This document shows, in pieces, positions 8,412 to 17,081 of a stretch of 24,843 nt of DNA. The stretch lies in IMG/VR virus record IMGVR_UViG_3300020235_000033, positions 1 through 24,843 of that record. One strand, written 5' to 3'. A program made the translations under genes and the position numbers. This DNA comes from a virus. Taxonomy: Duplodnaviria > Caudoviricetes. Every line of letters starts with the position of its first letter. The first letter of the stretch is position 1. Under the pieces are notes generated by a model, which was given only the letters and a program-made list of their open reading frames with translations, did not search any database and had not been told where the DNA came from.

Positions 8412-10226
8412 ATGAGAGCAGAAGTGGAACAAGCGTATCAGGAGGGGGGCCGAATTAAGGGTGCTCTCCAAACTATGTTTGATCCCGAGACGGGAGGGGT
8501 CATCTTTGGCTCCATAGTTCGAGGTGCTTCCGGTGAATTTAGGATGCAAGCTCTCAGGGATGCGGCAGGCAAGTCCATAGGTGCTGGGCTATCTGACCTC
8601 AAAGGTAAAATATCAGACCGCGACCTGGAGAAGATGAAAGCGGAGATCGCAACGGGAGGTATGCAAGCCTTTCGCCAAAAGATGCAAGCGATGATCGATC
8701 CGAAGATACGAATGCGACAGCTCCACAGAGAAGGAGGCGCGGAGCTGGTCGAAGATACGATGGTCGAGGAATCGTATAACCGTGGTGGAATCGGTGGCCG
8801 AGTTGAAGAGTACGCTAACGGTGCATTGGAGTGGGTACCGAACGGACCCGGTGACGTCCCACAGCCTCCTACCGGTGATGTGTTTTACGATCCGATAGCA
8901 GAAGCGCAACAGGAAGTATCCGGACAACAGAAATTTGCACGAGGTGGCAGAGTGAAAAAATTTCAAGGTGGTGGAGGTGTCGGTGGACTCGGCGCAGTCG
9001 CGGGTCCTCCGGAAGAAGAGGAGCAGGAACCTTTGCTCACTGTGGATGAGATCATAAGTCGGACAACTCACCCCGGTGCCGGGAAGAGCTTGACCGAGTT
9101 GATCGTGATGAATCAGCAGAGTGCTATCGACCGTCTTCGTCAAGGTCGTACACAAATTGCAGAACGAAGAGATAAACAGCGGGCATCGGATGAATCGTCT
9201 AAGTGGCTGGCATTTGCACAAGGCATGCTGGCACCGACACAGACAGGGGGCTTCGGTGAATCGTTAGGTGCGACTGCTGGGTTGTTGCGCGAGGAACAGG
9301 GGCGAGCTGCTGAGCATGAAGCGTATTACGATGAGCAGTTAGACACGAACGTAGCGCAAGAGATTGCTATCGAAGCAAAGATGATCGATCAGATGCTCTC
9401 CATGGCTGGGCATGCCAACCGAGCCAAGGGTATCCACGGAGCGATCCAAACGATGGTCAACCCAGAGCATGTGGGCAGACCTGTCGCTCAGCAACAACTG
9501 ATCTTCGGTGCCATGAAGATGGATAAAGATGGCGAGTGGCGGCTGTCACCTTTAACGGATGAAAACGGTGTTTACTTCGAGGCTGCATCGAGGCTCGATC
9601 CTGCTCGTGCAGATGCGCTCATCACTGCAGCAGAAGGAGCAAAGGCAGAGGAAGGTCGCGGCCAAGAAATGATCGACGAAGCGTACGAATACCGGGCTCC
9701 GATACGGAATGTCAGGCGTGCCAATGCTATTTTCGAAAACGCTGAGACGATCATCGAGACCAGCGGTATCCAAGAACTAAAGAATCGATTGGCGAATTTC
9801 ATGGGGATTGACTTCGGCGACACGATCCTGTTGACCGAGCTGCAGATGATTGCCGCTGAAGATTATTTGCAGAAACTGATGTCACTGAAAGGCAACACGT
9901 CTGACCGTGACGTTAGAGAGATGAAGGGCATCTCTGTTGGTCTGGGACAAAACTCGACAGCGAACTACCGGCGGCTGAAGGAGATGGAATTAATCTATTC
10001 AACTGCAATTCGGAATGGTGTTCGCGAGGCGTACCAACGTGGAAACATGGATGAGGTCAGCGATTTGTGGGAGGCAGCGTATAACAACAGGTGGGTTCGC
10101 GGCGCGGTACCGATCAGCTCAAAAGCGCAGTACGACAAGTTGAAAGTTGGTGCCTACTTCTTCGAAAAGGATGACTGGGGCGGACAAGTACGTCGCAAGA
10201 CTGCTGAACCAGAGAGTGGGGAATAA
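8412..10226 (+). CDS. Putative internal virion / DNA-ejection protein
   Basis: Start likely ATG 8412 (AGGA 6 nt upstream). Helical/coiled-coil protein with LAFAQGMLAPTQTGGFGESLG; N-terminal region carries several xxGG motifs. Confidence 0.65.
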   Translation: MRAEVEQAYQEGGRIKGALQTMFDPETGGVIFGSIVRGASGEFRMQALRDAAGKSIGAGLSDLKGKISDRDLEKMKAEIATGGMQAFRQKMQAMIDPKIRMRQLHREGGAELVEDTMVEESYNRGGIGGRVEEYANGALEWVPNGPGDVPQPPTGDVFYDPIAEAQQEVSGQQKFARGGRVKKFQGGGGVGGLGAVAGPPEEEEQEPLLTVDEIISRTTHPGAGKSLTELIVMNQQSAIDRLRQGRTQIAERRDKQRASDESSKWLAFAQGMLAPTQTGGFGESLGATAGLLREEQGRAAEHEAYYDEQLDTNVAQEIAIEAKMIDQMLSMAGHANRAKGIHGAIQTMVNPEHVGRPVAQQQLIFGAMKMDKDGEWRLSPLTDENGVYFEAASRLDPARADALITAAEGAKAEEGRGQEMIDEAYEYRAPIRNVRRANAIFENAETIIETSGIQELKNRLANFMGIDFGDTILLTELQMIAAEDYLQKLMSLKGNTSDRDVREMKGISVGLGQNSTANYRRLKEMELIYSTAIRNGVREAYQRGNMDEVSDLWEAAYNNRWVRGAVPISSKAQYDKLKVGAYFFEKDDWGGQVRRKTAEPESGE

Positions 10227-10229
10227 CAG

Positions 10230-12647
10230 ATGGCTGAAGAAGATTTTGACATCACAAAATTTGGAGAGGCAGTAGATCCTGTTGCTGAAGCTCAACGAGC
10301 AAATCTTGGACGTGCTTTTGACGCGAGTTTCCTGGGTGAGGCAGGAACCGATCCTGTTCGTACAGCGACCGAACTGGTTCGCAGTGGTGACATCGGTGGT
10401 CTTAACATCGAGCGTAAGACGATCATGTCCCCGTTCCCGATGGAACCCGGTGAGTCACGTGCAGCGAAAGAGTTGCCCGAGTTATTTATGGGCAAGTCGA
10501 TAATGAATCCTCGTGTTGCAGAGTTGGAAGCAACACTTGACGACCCTGAGTTAAGTATCTGGCAGAAGATGGGCGCAAATATGGAGCTGATGGAGCTGGC
10601 TGAACACGGTGAGATGACGCAGCGTGTTGGTTCGGGTGTTGCTGCACACCTCTCCATGGGGGATAAAGCAATGCTCTCTGCAGCAGCCCTGACCATGTTT
10701 GATCCGGCAGAGATTGCAAAAATGTTGACGCAGATCGATCCGGAAACAGGTGAGCAGAGGTGGCCTGAGTTTGGAATTCAACACGCCCCAGATGGCACGA
10801 TCATTGTCGCTAACAATAATACAGGGCAGCGTGCAGTTATTAATCGTCCCGGCTTCAGTGCGATGGATGCAGTGCAAGCAATCGGTATCGGTGTGATCTT
10901 CACACCTGCAGGTAAAGTAACAGCTGCGATGCCTTCGATAGCAGGTCGCATCGCGACTGGTATGGCAACATCGGGCGTGACTGAAGCTGCAATACAGGTA
11001 GGACAGGAACAAGCTGGTGGTCAGTTCGATGTTTCGGATGTCGCACTGGCTACTGCTTTAGGTCCCATCGCGGATATTGGTAGAGGTGGGGTTGCAGCGA
11101 TCCAACGCACTGGCAAATACATTGGCAGCTATCTACCTCAGTCATGGTTTGGAGGACTTAAGGGGATTCTCCCGGAGGCAAAAGTAGCTGTTCTAGACTT
11201 CGCCAAAAAGGCTAAGAAATATTTGCACACGGCACGCCCCGCTCTTGTGTTAACGCAAGATGCGATACCTGAAATCCACACGCCACGCATGCAGATTTTG
11301 CTAAAGATGATGGAGCGTTTGCCTCTTGTCGGTACCGGTGGTTTACGGAAGCGAGAGGCTTTAGAACGTGTAGAAGTACTGCGACATCTTGCCGACCGTT
11401 TCAACCTGGATCCGATTACTGACTACGGTCATCAAGTTATCGAAAGTCTCAATCGCAATGCCGGAAGAGCTTTGCAAGCTGCCCGTACTGCAACACAGGG
11501 TGCACTGGATACGATTAAAGATAAGCCAATCATTCTGCGTGACTTTCGCTTGCGTATTCGAGACATCATCCAAAAAGAAGAATCGTACGGAGAGATGGCG
11601 AACCCAGGTGTCATCGATCTACTGAACAAGGCTCGTAATTCTGTGTGGCAGGGAGGCAAGGCCCAGGATTTTGCTCGTAACTTTGGTGCGCTCGATGACT
11701 GGCTGCAACGACTGCGTATGGAGGCTGGACGTGCGCCTCCGCAGGCCCGAACAGTTCTTACCGAAGCAGCAGACGCGTTGGAAAGGGACATGAAACGTCA
11801 TGCCTTAGACGAAGGTGGAGAGGCCGGAGCCCAGTGGGTTAAAGCGATGGCTACCACCAGAGGCTTAGTAGCAGAGGCAGAGAAAAAGACACTCAAAAGT
11901 GTGATCGATGCTGGGCGGATAGACCAAGGGATCATTCGAAAAGTGCTAAGAGGCGGAGACGAGAAACAGCTGAAAACACTTTACGACGCAATGACACCTA
12001 CGGGACGAAAATCAGCGCAACAACTGATTATGAGAAATGCGTTGCGTGTTGGTGGTTGGCGTCGTGGCATGCCTAAGGACATGGCAGTTGATCCTAAAAA
12101 AGTTCTCGCTTGGATGGATAAAGAACCTATCCAAGCACAGCTAAAAACATTCTTCCCCGGTAAGCAGGCGCAGCGAGAACTCATCGGTTTGCAAGAGTAT
12201 TTAACAGCTACTGCAGCCGCTCAAGAGATTGGAAAAGGCGTGGGCATGGCAGCAGCGGGTGGCATCGGACAGCTGAGTGTTGATGCCATCAACATCGCGA
12301 CTCTCGGAGCCCTTGGTTTCGCAGCTAAGGCTTATCAAAGTGCATTTATTAGAAATCAGCTTCTGCGTTTGTATCACGCAAGAGGAAATGTCCGTCTCCG
12401 CGATGCGATCATGATGGAGCTGACCCCCTTACTAATGGCTGGTGGTCGGCAGACGCTGCAGCAATGGACAGAAGACGATCCGCAGGACAGCGTGTACATC
12501 TCTGATGAGTTTGCTGAAGATGAAGGTCCCGGCATGATGGAGCAGTTACGCACTGCAGCCGGTGTTGAAGAGGGTGAAGATATCGACGTCACTGGTCGGT
12601 TATCTGAAATGCTTTTCGGTGCTGAAGAAGAGGAGCCCGTACAATAA
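10230..12647 (+). CDS. Putative large DNA-transfer / ejection protein (P22 gp16/gp20-like position)
   Basis: 805 aa, helical; INRPGFS followed by hydrophobic Gly/Ala segments; last of the large genes after the nozzle. Confidence 0.6.
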   Translation: MAEEDFDITKFGEAVDPVAEAQRANLGRAFDASFLGEAGTDPVRTATELVRSGDIGGLNIERKTIMSPFPMEPGESRAAKELPELFMGKSIMNPRVAELEATLDDPELSIWQKMGANMELMELAEHGEMTQRVGSGVAAHLSMGDKAMLSAAALTMFDPAEIAKMLTQIDPETGEQRWPEFGIQHAPDGTIIVANNNTGQRAVINRPGFSAMDAVQAIGIGVIFTPAGKVTAAMPSIAGRIATGMATSGVTEAAIQVGQEQAGGQFDVSDVALATALGPIADIGRGGVAAIQRTGKYIGSYLPQSWFGGLKGILPEAKVAVLDFAKKAKKYLHTARPALVLTQDAIPEIHTPRMQILLKMMERLPLVGTGGLRKREALERVEVLRHLADRFNLDPITDYGHQVIESLNRNAGRALQAARTATQGALDTIKDKPIILRDFRLRIRDIIQKEESYGEMANPGVIDLLNKARNSVWQGGKAQDFARNFGALDDWLQRLRMEAGRAPPQARTVLTEAADALERDMKRHALDEGGEAGAQWVKAMATTRGLVAEAEKKTLKSVIDAGRIDQGIIRKVLRGGDEKQLKTLYDAMTPTGRKSAQQLIMRNALRVGGWRRGMPKDMAVDPKKVLAWMDKEPIQAQLKTFFPGKQAQRELIGLQEYLTATAAAQEIGKGVGMAAAGGIGQLSVDAINIATLGALGFAAKAYQSAFIRNQLLRLYHARGNVRLRDAIMMELTPLLMAGGRQTLQQWTEDDPQDSVYISDEFAEDEGPGMMEQLRTAAGVEEGEDIDVTGRLSEMLFGAEEEEPVQ

Positions 12648-13225
12648 TGCCTGCACGACGTCTCAAACCACCGGCTAAAAGGTACACGCGTAACCGTGCG
12701 GGTCATCTCCTTGTGGAGGGTTCGCGTGTGTTCCTACCCGATCACCTCGACCAGGTGCGTGCGATTGCGATGCGTGGCATCGATGAAAAGCAGCTGTCTG
12801 AAATCTTCGACATCAGCGCACGACAACTGGGCCTGTGGAAAGCACAGTACCCGTTGTTCAAAGATGCGCTCGAAGAAGGCTACACCGATGCTGATGCTGC
12901 TGTCCTTGGTGCGTTGTACCAGACTGCCGTCGGCTACACGCACGACGAAGAAAAGATTTTCCAGTGGGACGGAGAGGTCATCCGTGCCGACACCATCAAG
13001 CATTACAAACCTGACGTGCAAGCGATCAAGTTGTGGATGACCAACCGACAGCGCGAGTACTGGGCTGATCGCAAAGAAACTGAACACACTGGTAAAGACG
13101 GTGGACCTATCGGTCTGCGCGATGAGACGAAGCTCGAAGTGGTCTCGAGTATTCTTGCACTGATTAAACCGAAGCCCGACAACGCTGTTATCGACGGTAA
13201 AACTGGGGAGGTAGATGATGCCTAG
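12647..13225 (+). CDS. terS: Terminase small subunit-like HTH protein
   Basis: N-terminal HTH (GIDEKQLSEIFDISARQLGLWKAQYPLF), then ADAAVLGALYQTAVGY...KHYKPDVQAIKLWMTNRQ..W.D..E.EHTG.DGGPI, a characteristic TerS family pattern; TAATG overlap. Confidence 0.75.
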   Translation: MPARRLKPPAKRYTRNRAGHLLVEGSRVFLPDHLDQVRAIAMRGIDEKQLSEIFDISARQLGLWKAQYPLFKDALEEGYTDADAAVLGALYQTAVGYTHDEEKIFQWDGEVIRADTIKHYKPDVQAIKLWMTNRQREYWADRKETEHTGKDGGPIGLRDETKLEVVSSILALIKPKPDNAVIDGKTGEVDDA

Positions 13226-14966
13226 CACGTCACCAAAGCAAGCGAAATTAATGCGTGCTGTTGCGCACGGTTGGAAGCCTAATCGAATCGATGGACCATC
13301 AGTTAGCGTGGCGAAGGAGTTCGTCGCAGCTGACAGGTTGGCAGAAATGTATGAAGGAGGTCTCGCACCAATGAACGACATCATCCAACGTGGGTTCGCA
13401 CCGAGCCTGCACATGCAGGGAGGTGGTGAGGTTTGGACTCCTTACGGTCCCGGTCAGGATTATGGAGACATACCTGAAGAGACACTGAAGTTCCTGAACG
13501 CTGAGATCAAAGGTAATAGCAGGTACGCCAAGATGATGCGTAGGATGCAGGAGAAAGGCCGAGTGCAGTACGGCTACAATCCGCCTGCGGTTGCGGCTCC
13601 GACTGCGACTGCGACGCCAGTTCCTGTTACAACGGTGCGTCCACGTGGCGGAAGTGGACGTCGCGGTCGCAACGGAGGTGGACGACGTCAGCGCGACGGA
13701 GATGGAGGTGGGGGCAGACCACCACGTACAGGTCCACCCCCAGGTGTAGAAGGAGACCCACCTGCAGTTACTCCAATCCCACCGAGAGATCGACGAGCAG
13801 GAAGAGACACTGAATATTCAGCAGCACTGCGTGCACATAAAGCACGTGTTGCACAATCATTAGCGGTGCCACCGGGTGGCTACGCGGGAGGAGGTCAAGT
13901 GAATTACTACGATGAAGGCGGAGTTGTCCGTCCCGGTCATGCAGAGGATGCAACGGGAGGACCGAATCCCTATCCACACGGGACGGCTAGTTACAATTAC
14001 TGGGAGAGCAGGAAGCATGTAGATCCTCCTCCTCCAGAAGTGGTTGAAGCGGAACCAGCAGAAGATCTGAGCTGGCTCGACAGGCTGCTTGGGCGAGGTG
14101 AAGACATCAAGACTCGCAGCGAACGTGAGCTGGAAGCACTGGGTGAAGCTCACGGTGGCTACATCGACGTGCCCGGTTATCAATTCGGTGGACTTGCGCA
14201 AGCAAACTTCCGTGGTCCACCACGAGGTGGTGTGTCTCCGCGTGTCGGCATGATGAATCCACGAGGTGGCATCCCGCCGGGTGGTGCGGGAGGTAGATCT
14301 GGAATGCTCTCGCAGCTGAGGCGGCAGGCGCAGAGTCAACGAGGTGGAGCCGGTAGGCGTGGCTTCCCGCCTCGCGCACAGATAGGTGGTCCCGGTGGCA
14401 TGCCGGGTAGAGTCGGTACCTTAGGTGGACCCGGCTACGGACCAAACCCATTAGGTAGCGCAGGTCCCGGCGGATCTTTAAGAGGTGGAGGTGGCTTCCC
14501 TCCCGGAAAGGGACCAAGGATGCAAGTGCCGCCGAGCCCACCGAGAGGGATGCCGTTCGGTGGACGTGACCCGAGAGCGATGCCCCCTCAGGGTGGTGGA
14601 TTCCCGCCGGGTAAAGGACCGAGGCCGATGGTGCCTCCGAGTCCACCGAGAGGCATCCCCAGTCGAGGCATGCCGCCTCAAGGTGGTGGGATACCGTTCG
14701 GTGGACGTGACCCAAGAGCAATGCCGCCTCAAGGTGGAGCAGGTCCCGTTGGTGGAGCAGGTCCCGTTGGTGGACCTAAAATAGCTCCTAATATGCGTGG
14801 CTATCTGCAGAAGCAGCGGATGATGAATCGTCCTCCGGCGAACGTCGGTGGTGGCGTGAACCGTGTCGGTCAACAGGACCAGCAGGGTGGACTAGCGAGA
14901 GCGTTGCAGAGGGGGACCGGACGTCCTCCGATGTCGAGACGTGGTGGCTTCGGACGGGCAAGGTAG
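13218..14966 (+). CDS. Gly/Pro/Arg-rich low-complexity protein, probably virion-internal
   Basis: GGAGG at 13207-13211 favours ATG 13218. N-terminal MPSTSPKQAKLMRAVAH...SVAKEFV module, then disordered RGG/PPG-rich segments and internal repeats. Confidence 0.7.
   Translation: MPSTSPKQAKLMRAVAHGWKPNRIDGPSVSVAKEFVAADRLAEMYEGGLAPMNDIIQRGFAPSLHMQGGGEVWTPYGPGQDYGDIPEETLKFLNAEIKGNSRYAKMMRRMQEKGRVQYGYNPPAVAAPTATATPVPVTTVRPRGGSGRRGRNGGGRRQRDGDGGGGRPPRTGPPPGVEGDPPAVTPIPPRDRRAGRDTEYSAALRAHKARVAQSLAVPPGGYAGGGQVNYYDEGGVVRPGHAEDATGGPNPYPHGTASYNYWESRKHVDPPPPEVVEAEPAEDLSWLDRLLGRGEDIKTRSERELEALGEAHGGYIDVPGYQFGGLAQANFRGPPRGGVSPRVGMMNPRGGIPPGGAGGRSGMLSQLRRQAQSQRGGAGRRGFPPRAQIGGPGGMPGRVGTLGGPGYGPNPLGSAGPGGSLRGGGGFPPGKGPRMQVPPSPPRGMPFGGRDPRAMPPQGGGFPPGKGPRPMVPPSPPRGIPSRGMPPQGGGIPFGGRDPRAMPPQGGAGPVGGAGPVGGPKIAPNMRGYLQKQRMMNRPPANVGGGVNRVGQQDQQGGLARALQRGTGRPPMSRRGGFGRAR
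14485..14774 (+). repeat. Nested coding repeats (GGGFPPGKGPR, VPPSPPRG, PFGGRDPRAMPPQGG, GGAGPV)
   Basis: Near-identical CCGTTCGGTGGACGTGACCC... at 14553 and 14694; exact 18-bp tandem GGTGGAGCAGGTCCCGTT at 14733-14768. Confidence 0.85.
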
Positions 14967-15022
14967 CACCGCAACGTCGAACGCATCTGCCATCTGCTCC
15001 CCACTCGTGATACAGCCAATTG

Positions 15023-15505
15023 TTAGCGCAGTATATGTCCATCGTCGTTCTCCCCCGTTTTAAGAAAAGCGTTGGGACCGTAGACCATCATGCCTGCGTA
15101 GAGTCCGCGCAGCTTGTCGCGCACTTCGACTCTGTCATCGATGACGATCTCCGGCTTGTACTGACGCACCCACTGCAGGACCAGGTCCGGACCTTTGATT
15201 GCAGTCTGGTGCGGCAGTCGTTGAATCAATTCGACGCGCTCAAACAATTCGTACTTGCGTAGCCATGCTTCTTCGTGCTTGTACTTATTAACGAAGCGTG
15301 TGCTGTAGATGATCGGTTTGATGTCTGCGTCGAGCCAGTCGTGCACCATGTCTATGATGTGCATTCGCGGCGCGTCTTCCATGATCGCTTTGTAATAATC
15401 TTTCCACGCAGTGACATCTCGTTTGTTGTCTTGAGTTCGAGACTGAAGGAGGGCTAGACGATCAGTGTGATCGCTCAGCACCCCTTCGAGATCAACCAGA
15501 ATCAT
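15023..15505 (-). CDS. HAD-superfamily phosphatase (polynucleotide 3'-phosphatase-like)
   Basis: Motif I ILVDLEGV, motif II IIYSTR, motif III Lys (IKG), motif IV VIDDR. Confidence 0.75.
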   Translation of the reverse strand: MILVDLEGVLSDHTDRLALLQSRTQDNKRDVTAWKDYYKAIMEDAPRMHIIDMVHDWLDADIKPIIYSTRFVNKYKHEEAWLRKYELFERVELIQRLPHQTAIKGPDLVLQWVRQYKPEIVIDDRVEVRDKLRGLYAGMMVYGPNAFLKTGENDDGHILR

Positions 15506-15699
15506 CTACGCTTTTTACGTCTCGCGCCAACCTTTTTCTTCTTGGCGGGATCGAATTCACGCAGCTGCTTACGGATCTCGCTGATGAACTCGGTGGCTAC
15601 CTGTCGATCACCCTGATTAGTCAGGCTCACTTCAAGGTGCATCTTGAGCTTACGCCCGTCCAATTCGAGGGTGCCTTTGCGGTGTTGTTTCAGGTACAT
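15502..15699 (-). CDS. Hypothetical protein with a highly basic C-terminus (65 aa)
   Basis: AGGA upstream of the ATG; 4-nt overlap with the HAD gene; fits the operon spacing. Confidence 0.65.
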   Translation of the reverse strand: MYLKQHRKGTLELDGRKLKMHLEVSLTNQGDRQVATEFISEIRKQLREFDPAKKKKVGARRKKRR

Positions 15700-15708
15700 G
15701 TCTTATTC

Positions 15709-15888
15709 CTATGCTGTACGACGCAGGTAAGCTGCCCTGAAACGACACTCGTCAGAGCAGTAATTAGTGATCGTGAGACCCTCGAAACGCTTCTTGCACT
15801 CCGGGTTCTCACAGTTTTTCTTGCTACGCTTGCGCATCATTGCCATCTGCGCACCGATGCTATCGCTGTGAGCTTTTGCACTTCTCAT
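15709..15888 (-). CDS. Small zinc-finger protein (59 aa, C-x4-C...C-S-x2-C), possible regulator
   Basis: Manual translation: MRSAKAHSDSIGAQMAMMRKRSKKNCENPECKKRFEGLTITNYCSDECRFRAAYLRRTA*. GGAG RBS; not in the ORF track. Confidence 0.75.
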   Translation of the reverse strand: MRSAKAHSDSIGAQMAMMRKRSKKNCENPECKKRFEGLTITNYCSDECRFRAAYLRRTA

Positions 15889-15915
15889 ACCTATCTCCAG
15901 TCGGATTCTGCAGCC

Positions 15916-15945
15916 ATTATATACACAGATTCGCTAGCGTGTAAA
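15916..15945 (-). promoter_or_regulatory. Sigma70-type promoter upstream of the zinc-finger gene
   Basis: Minus strand TTTACA (15945-15940), 18-nt spacer, TATAAT (15921-15916), in a 61-nt intergenic gap. Confidence 0.65.
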
Positions 15946-15949
15946 GCGA

Positions 15950-16168
15950 CTACTTCCCAGCTGCATCCCTTGCCGCAGAAGCGTGGTGGTACAAGGCATC
16001 AGCGTACTTCTCGGCCTCATCGAACGGTAGGGAAAACATCGAGAGCCGCTCAGAGAAGATGGTAACCACCTTGCCATTCTCCATTCCTACTTTAATTTTG
16101 AGAGGTGGTTTAATTTCCTTGCTAACAGCTTCGGCTACTTCATCGACCTTCGGTTTGTCGTCTGTCAT
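15950..16168 (-). CDS. Hypothetical protein (72 aa)
   Basis: TAATG overlap with the upstream gene; GGAG RBS. Confidence 0.7.
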   Translation of the reverse strand: MTDDKPKVDEVAEAVSKEIKPPLKIKVGMENGKVVTIFSERLSMFSLPFDEAEKYADALYHHASAARDAAGK

Positions 16169-16446
16169 TATTCGTGCTCCGGATTCAAGTCAGCTACAGC
16201 TTTTTCCACCAGCATCGGGATCTCTGAGCGGTGGGGGTCCAGCCCCTTACTGTACTGCAAACGTGCTTCAGTCCACGTCCAGCCGATAGCTTCCGCCCGA
16301 ACACCACCGAGGAGTTGCTCCAGCTGATTGAAACACCTGGTGGTTGGGTAGAGCCCGATGGGATCAGGATCATCCAGCATTGCATTGACAATGTCAGCAA
16401 CTCTTTCTCTATCGTATGTGATTTTGATGTCGAGTGGATCAGTCAT
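16168..16446 (-). CDS. Hypothetical phage protein (92 aa)
   Basis: Start better placed at ATG 16446 (MTDPLD..., GGAGG upstream, short overlap with the MazG-like gene) than the track's 16530. Confidence 0.65.
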   Translation of the reverse strand: MTDPLDIKITYDRERVADIVNAMLDDPDPIGLYPTTRCFNQLEQLLGGVRAEAIGWTWTEARLQYSKGLDPHRSEIPMLVEKAVADLNPEHE

Positions 16447-16861
16447 ACATTCCTCCCACGGGACCACGAGGTAACTCGCTCTCGACGACGGGGAAATCGT
16501 ACAAGAAATTCTCATCCCCTTCGACGGCAATGCGGACAGCCATGCAGGCTACCTGTATTGCTTCGCGTAGGACTTCGACTGCGCTCGTGCCTAGTTTACG
16601 GTCGTGATGCATCATAGCCTGAGCCAGCTCACCCACCTCCTCCATGAGGGCGGCGAGCTTGTGCGTGTTCTCCGGGAATGCTTTGCGCGCAGCAACCAGT
16701 TCGTCTCGAATCATGGTGAAGACCATCCCGTCAGGACTGGTCAATCGTTCATGAGCTTGCTGGTCAGGCGCAACGCACTGACAGATAGTTAGATCGCTGC
16801 CGCATTCAGTGCACGTTTGCACGTGGTGCGGACTACGAAAAGTGCAGCTACGTTCTGGCAT
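16439..16861 (-). CDS. MazG-like (all-alpha) nucleotide pyrophosphohydrolase with a Cys-rich N-terminus
   Basis: ALMEEVGELAQA...VLREAIQVACMA acidic motif; N-terminal C..HH..CTEC...CQC. Confidence 0.7.
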   Translation of the reverse strand: MPERSCTFRSPHHVQTCTECGSDLTICQCVAPDQQAHERLTSPDGMVFTMIRDELVAARKAFPENTHKLAALMEEVGELAQAMMHHDRKLGTSAVEVLREAIQVACMAVRIAVEGDENFLYDFPVVESELPRGPVGGMYD

Positions 16862-17079
16862 CAGAACATCCCACGCCCGAGCTGGGCGAGCTTGTCGATG
16901 ATGTCTCTCGTCTCCGGGTTCGCTTCCATCTGTGTGATCAGTTGATTGATTGCTTCGAGACGCAGCTCCAGTTCCTTTTTCTCCTGCAGTAGTTTCTCGC
17001 TGACAGTCGGTGGACGGTGGTCCATGAGTGCGCGTCCTGCTGCTGCTACTTCTTGTGTATTTTCATCTCCGAATGACAT
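16861..17079 (-). CDS. Hypothetical coiled-coil protein (72 aa)
   Basis: GGAG RBS; TGATG overlap downstream; heptad pattern LLQEKKELELRLEAINQLI. Confidence 0.7.
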   Translation of the reverse strand: MSFGDENTQEVAAAGRALMDHRPPTVSEKLLQEKKELELRLEAINQLITQMEANPETRDIIDKLAQLGRGMF

Positions 17080-17081
17080 TG

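Noticed and set aside
5421-14721. Numerous long antisense and alternate-frame ORFs (e.g. 5421-6110, 12734-13414, 14107-14721)
   Set aside because: Fully overlap well-supported genes, lack recognisable motifs, and are expected in GC-rich coding sequence.
14485-14774. Repeats as a DGR template/variable pair or CRISPR array
   Set aside because: Differences are mainly third-codon-position, not adenine-specific; no reverse transcriptase or cas operon in the window.
14967-15022. Intrinsic terminator at the convergence of the two modules
   Set aside because: No convincing GC stem with a U-tract on either strand; only a short CATCTGC duplication.
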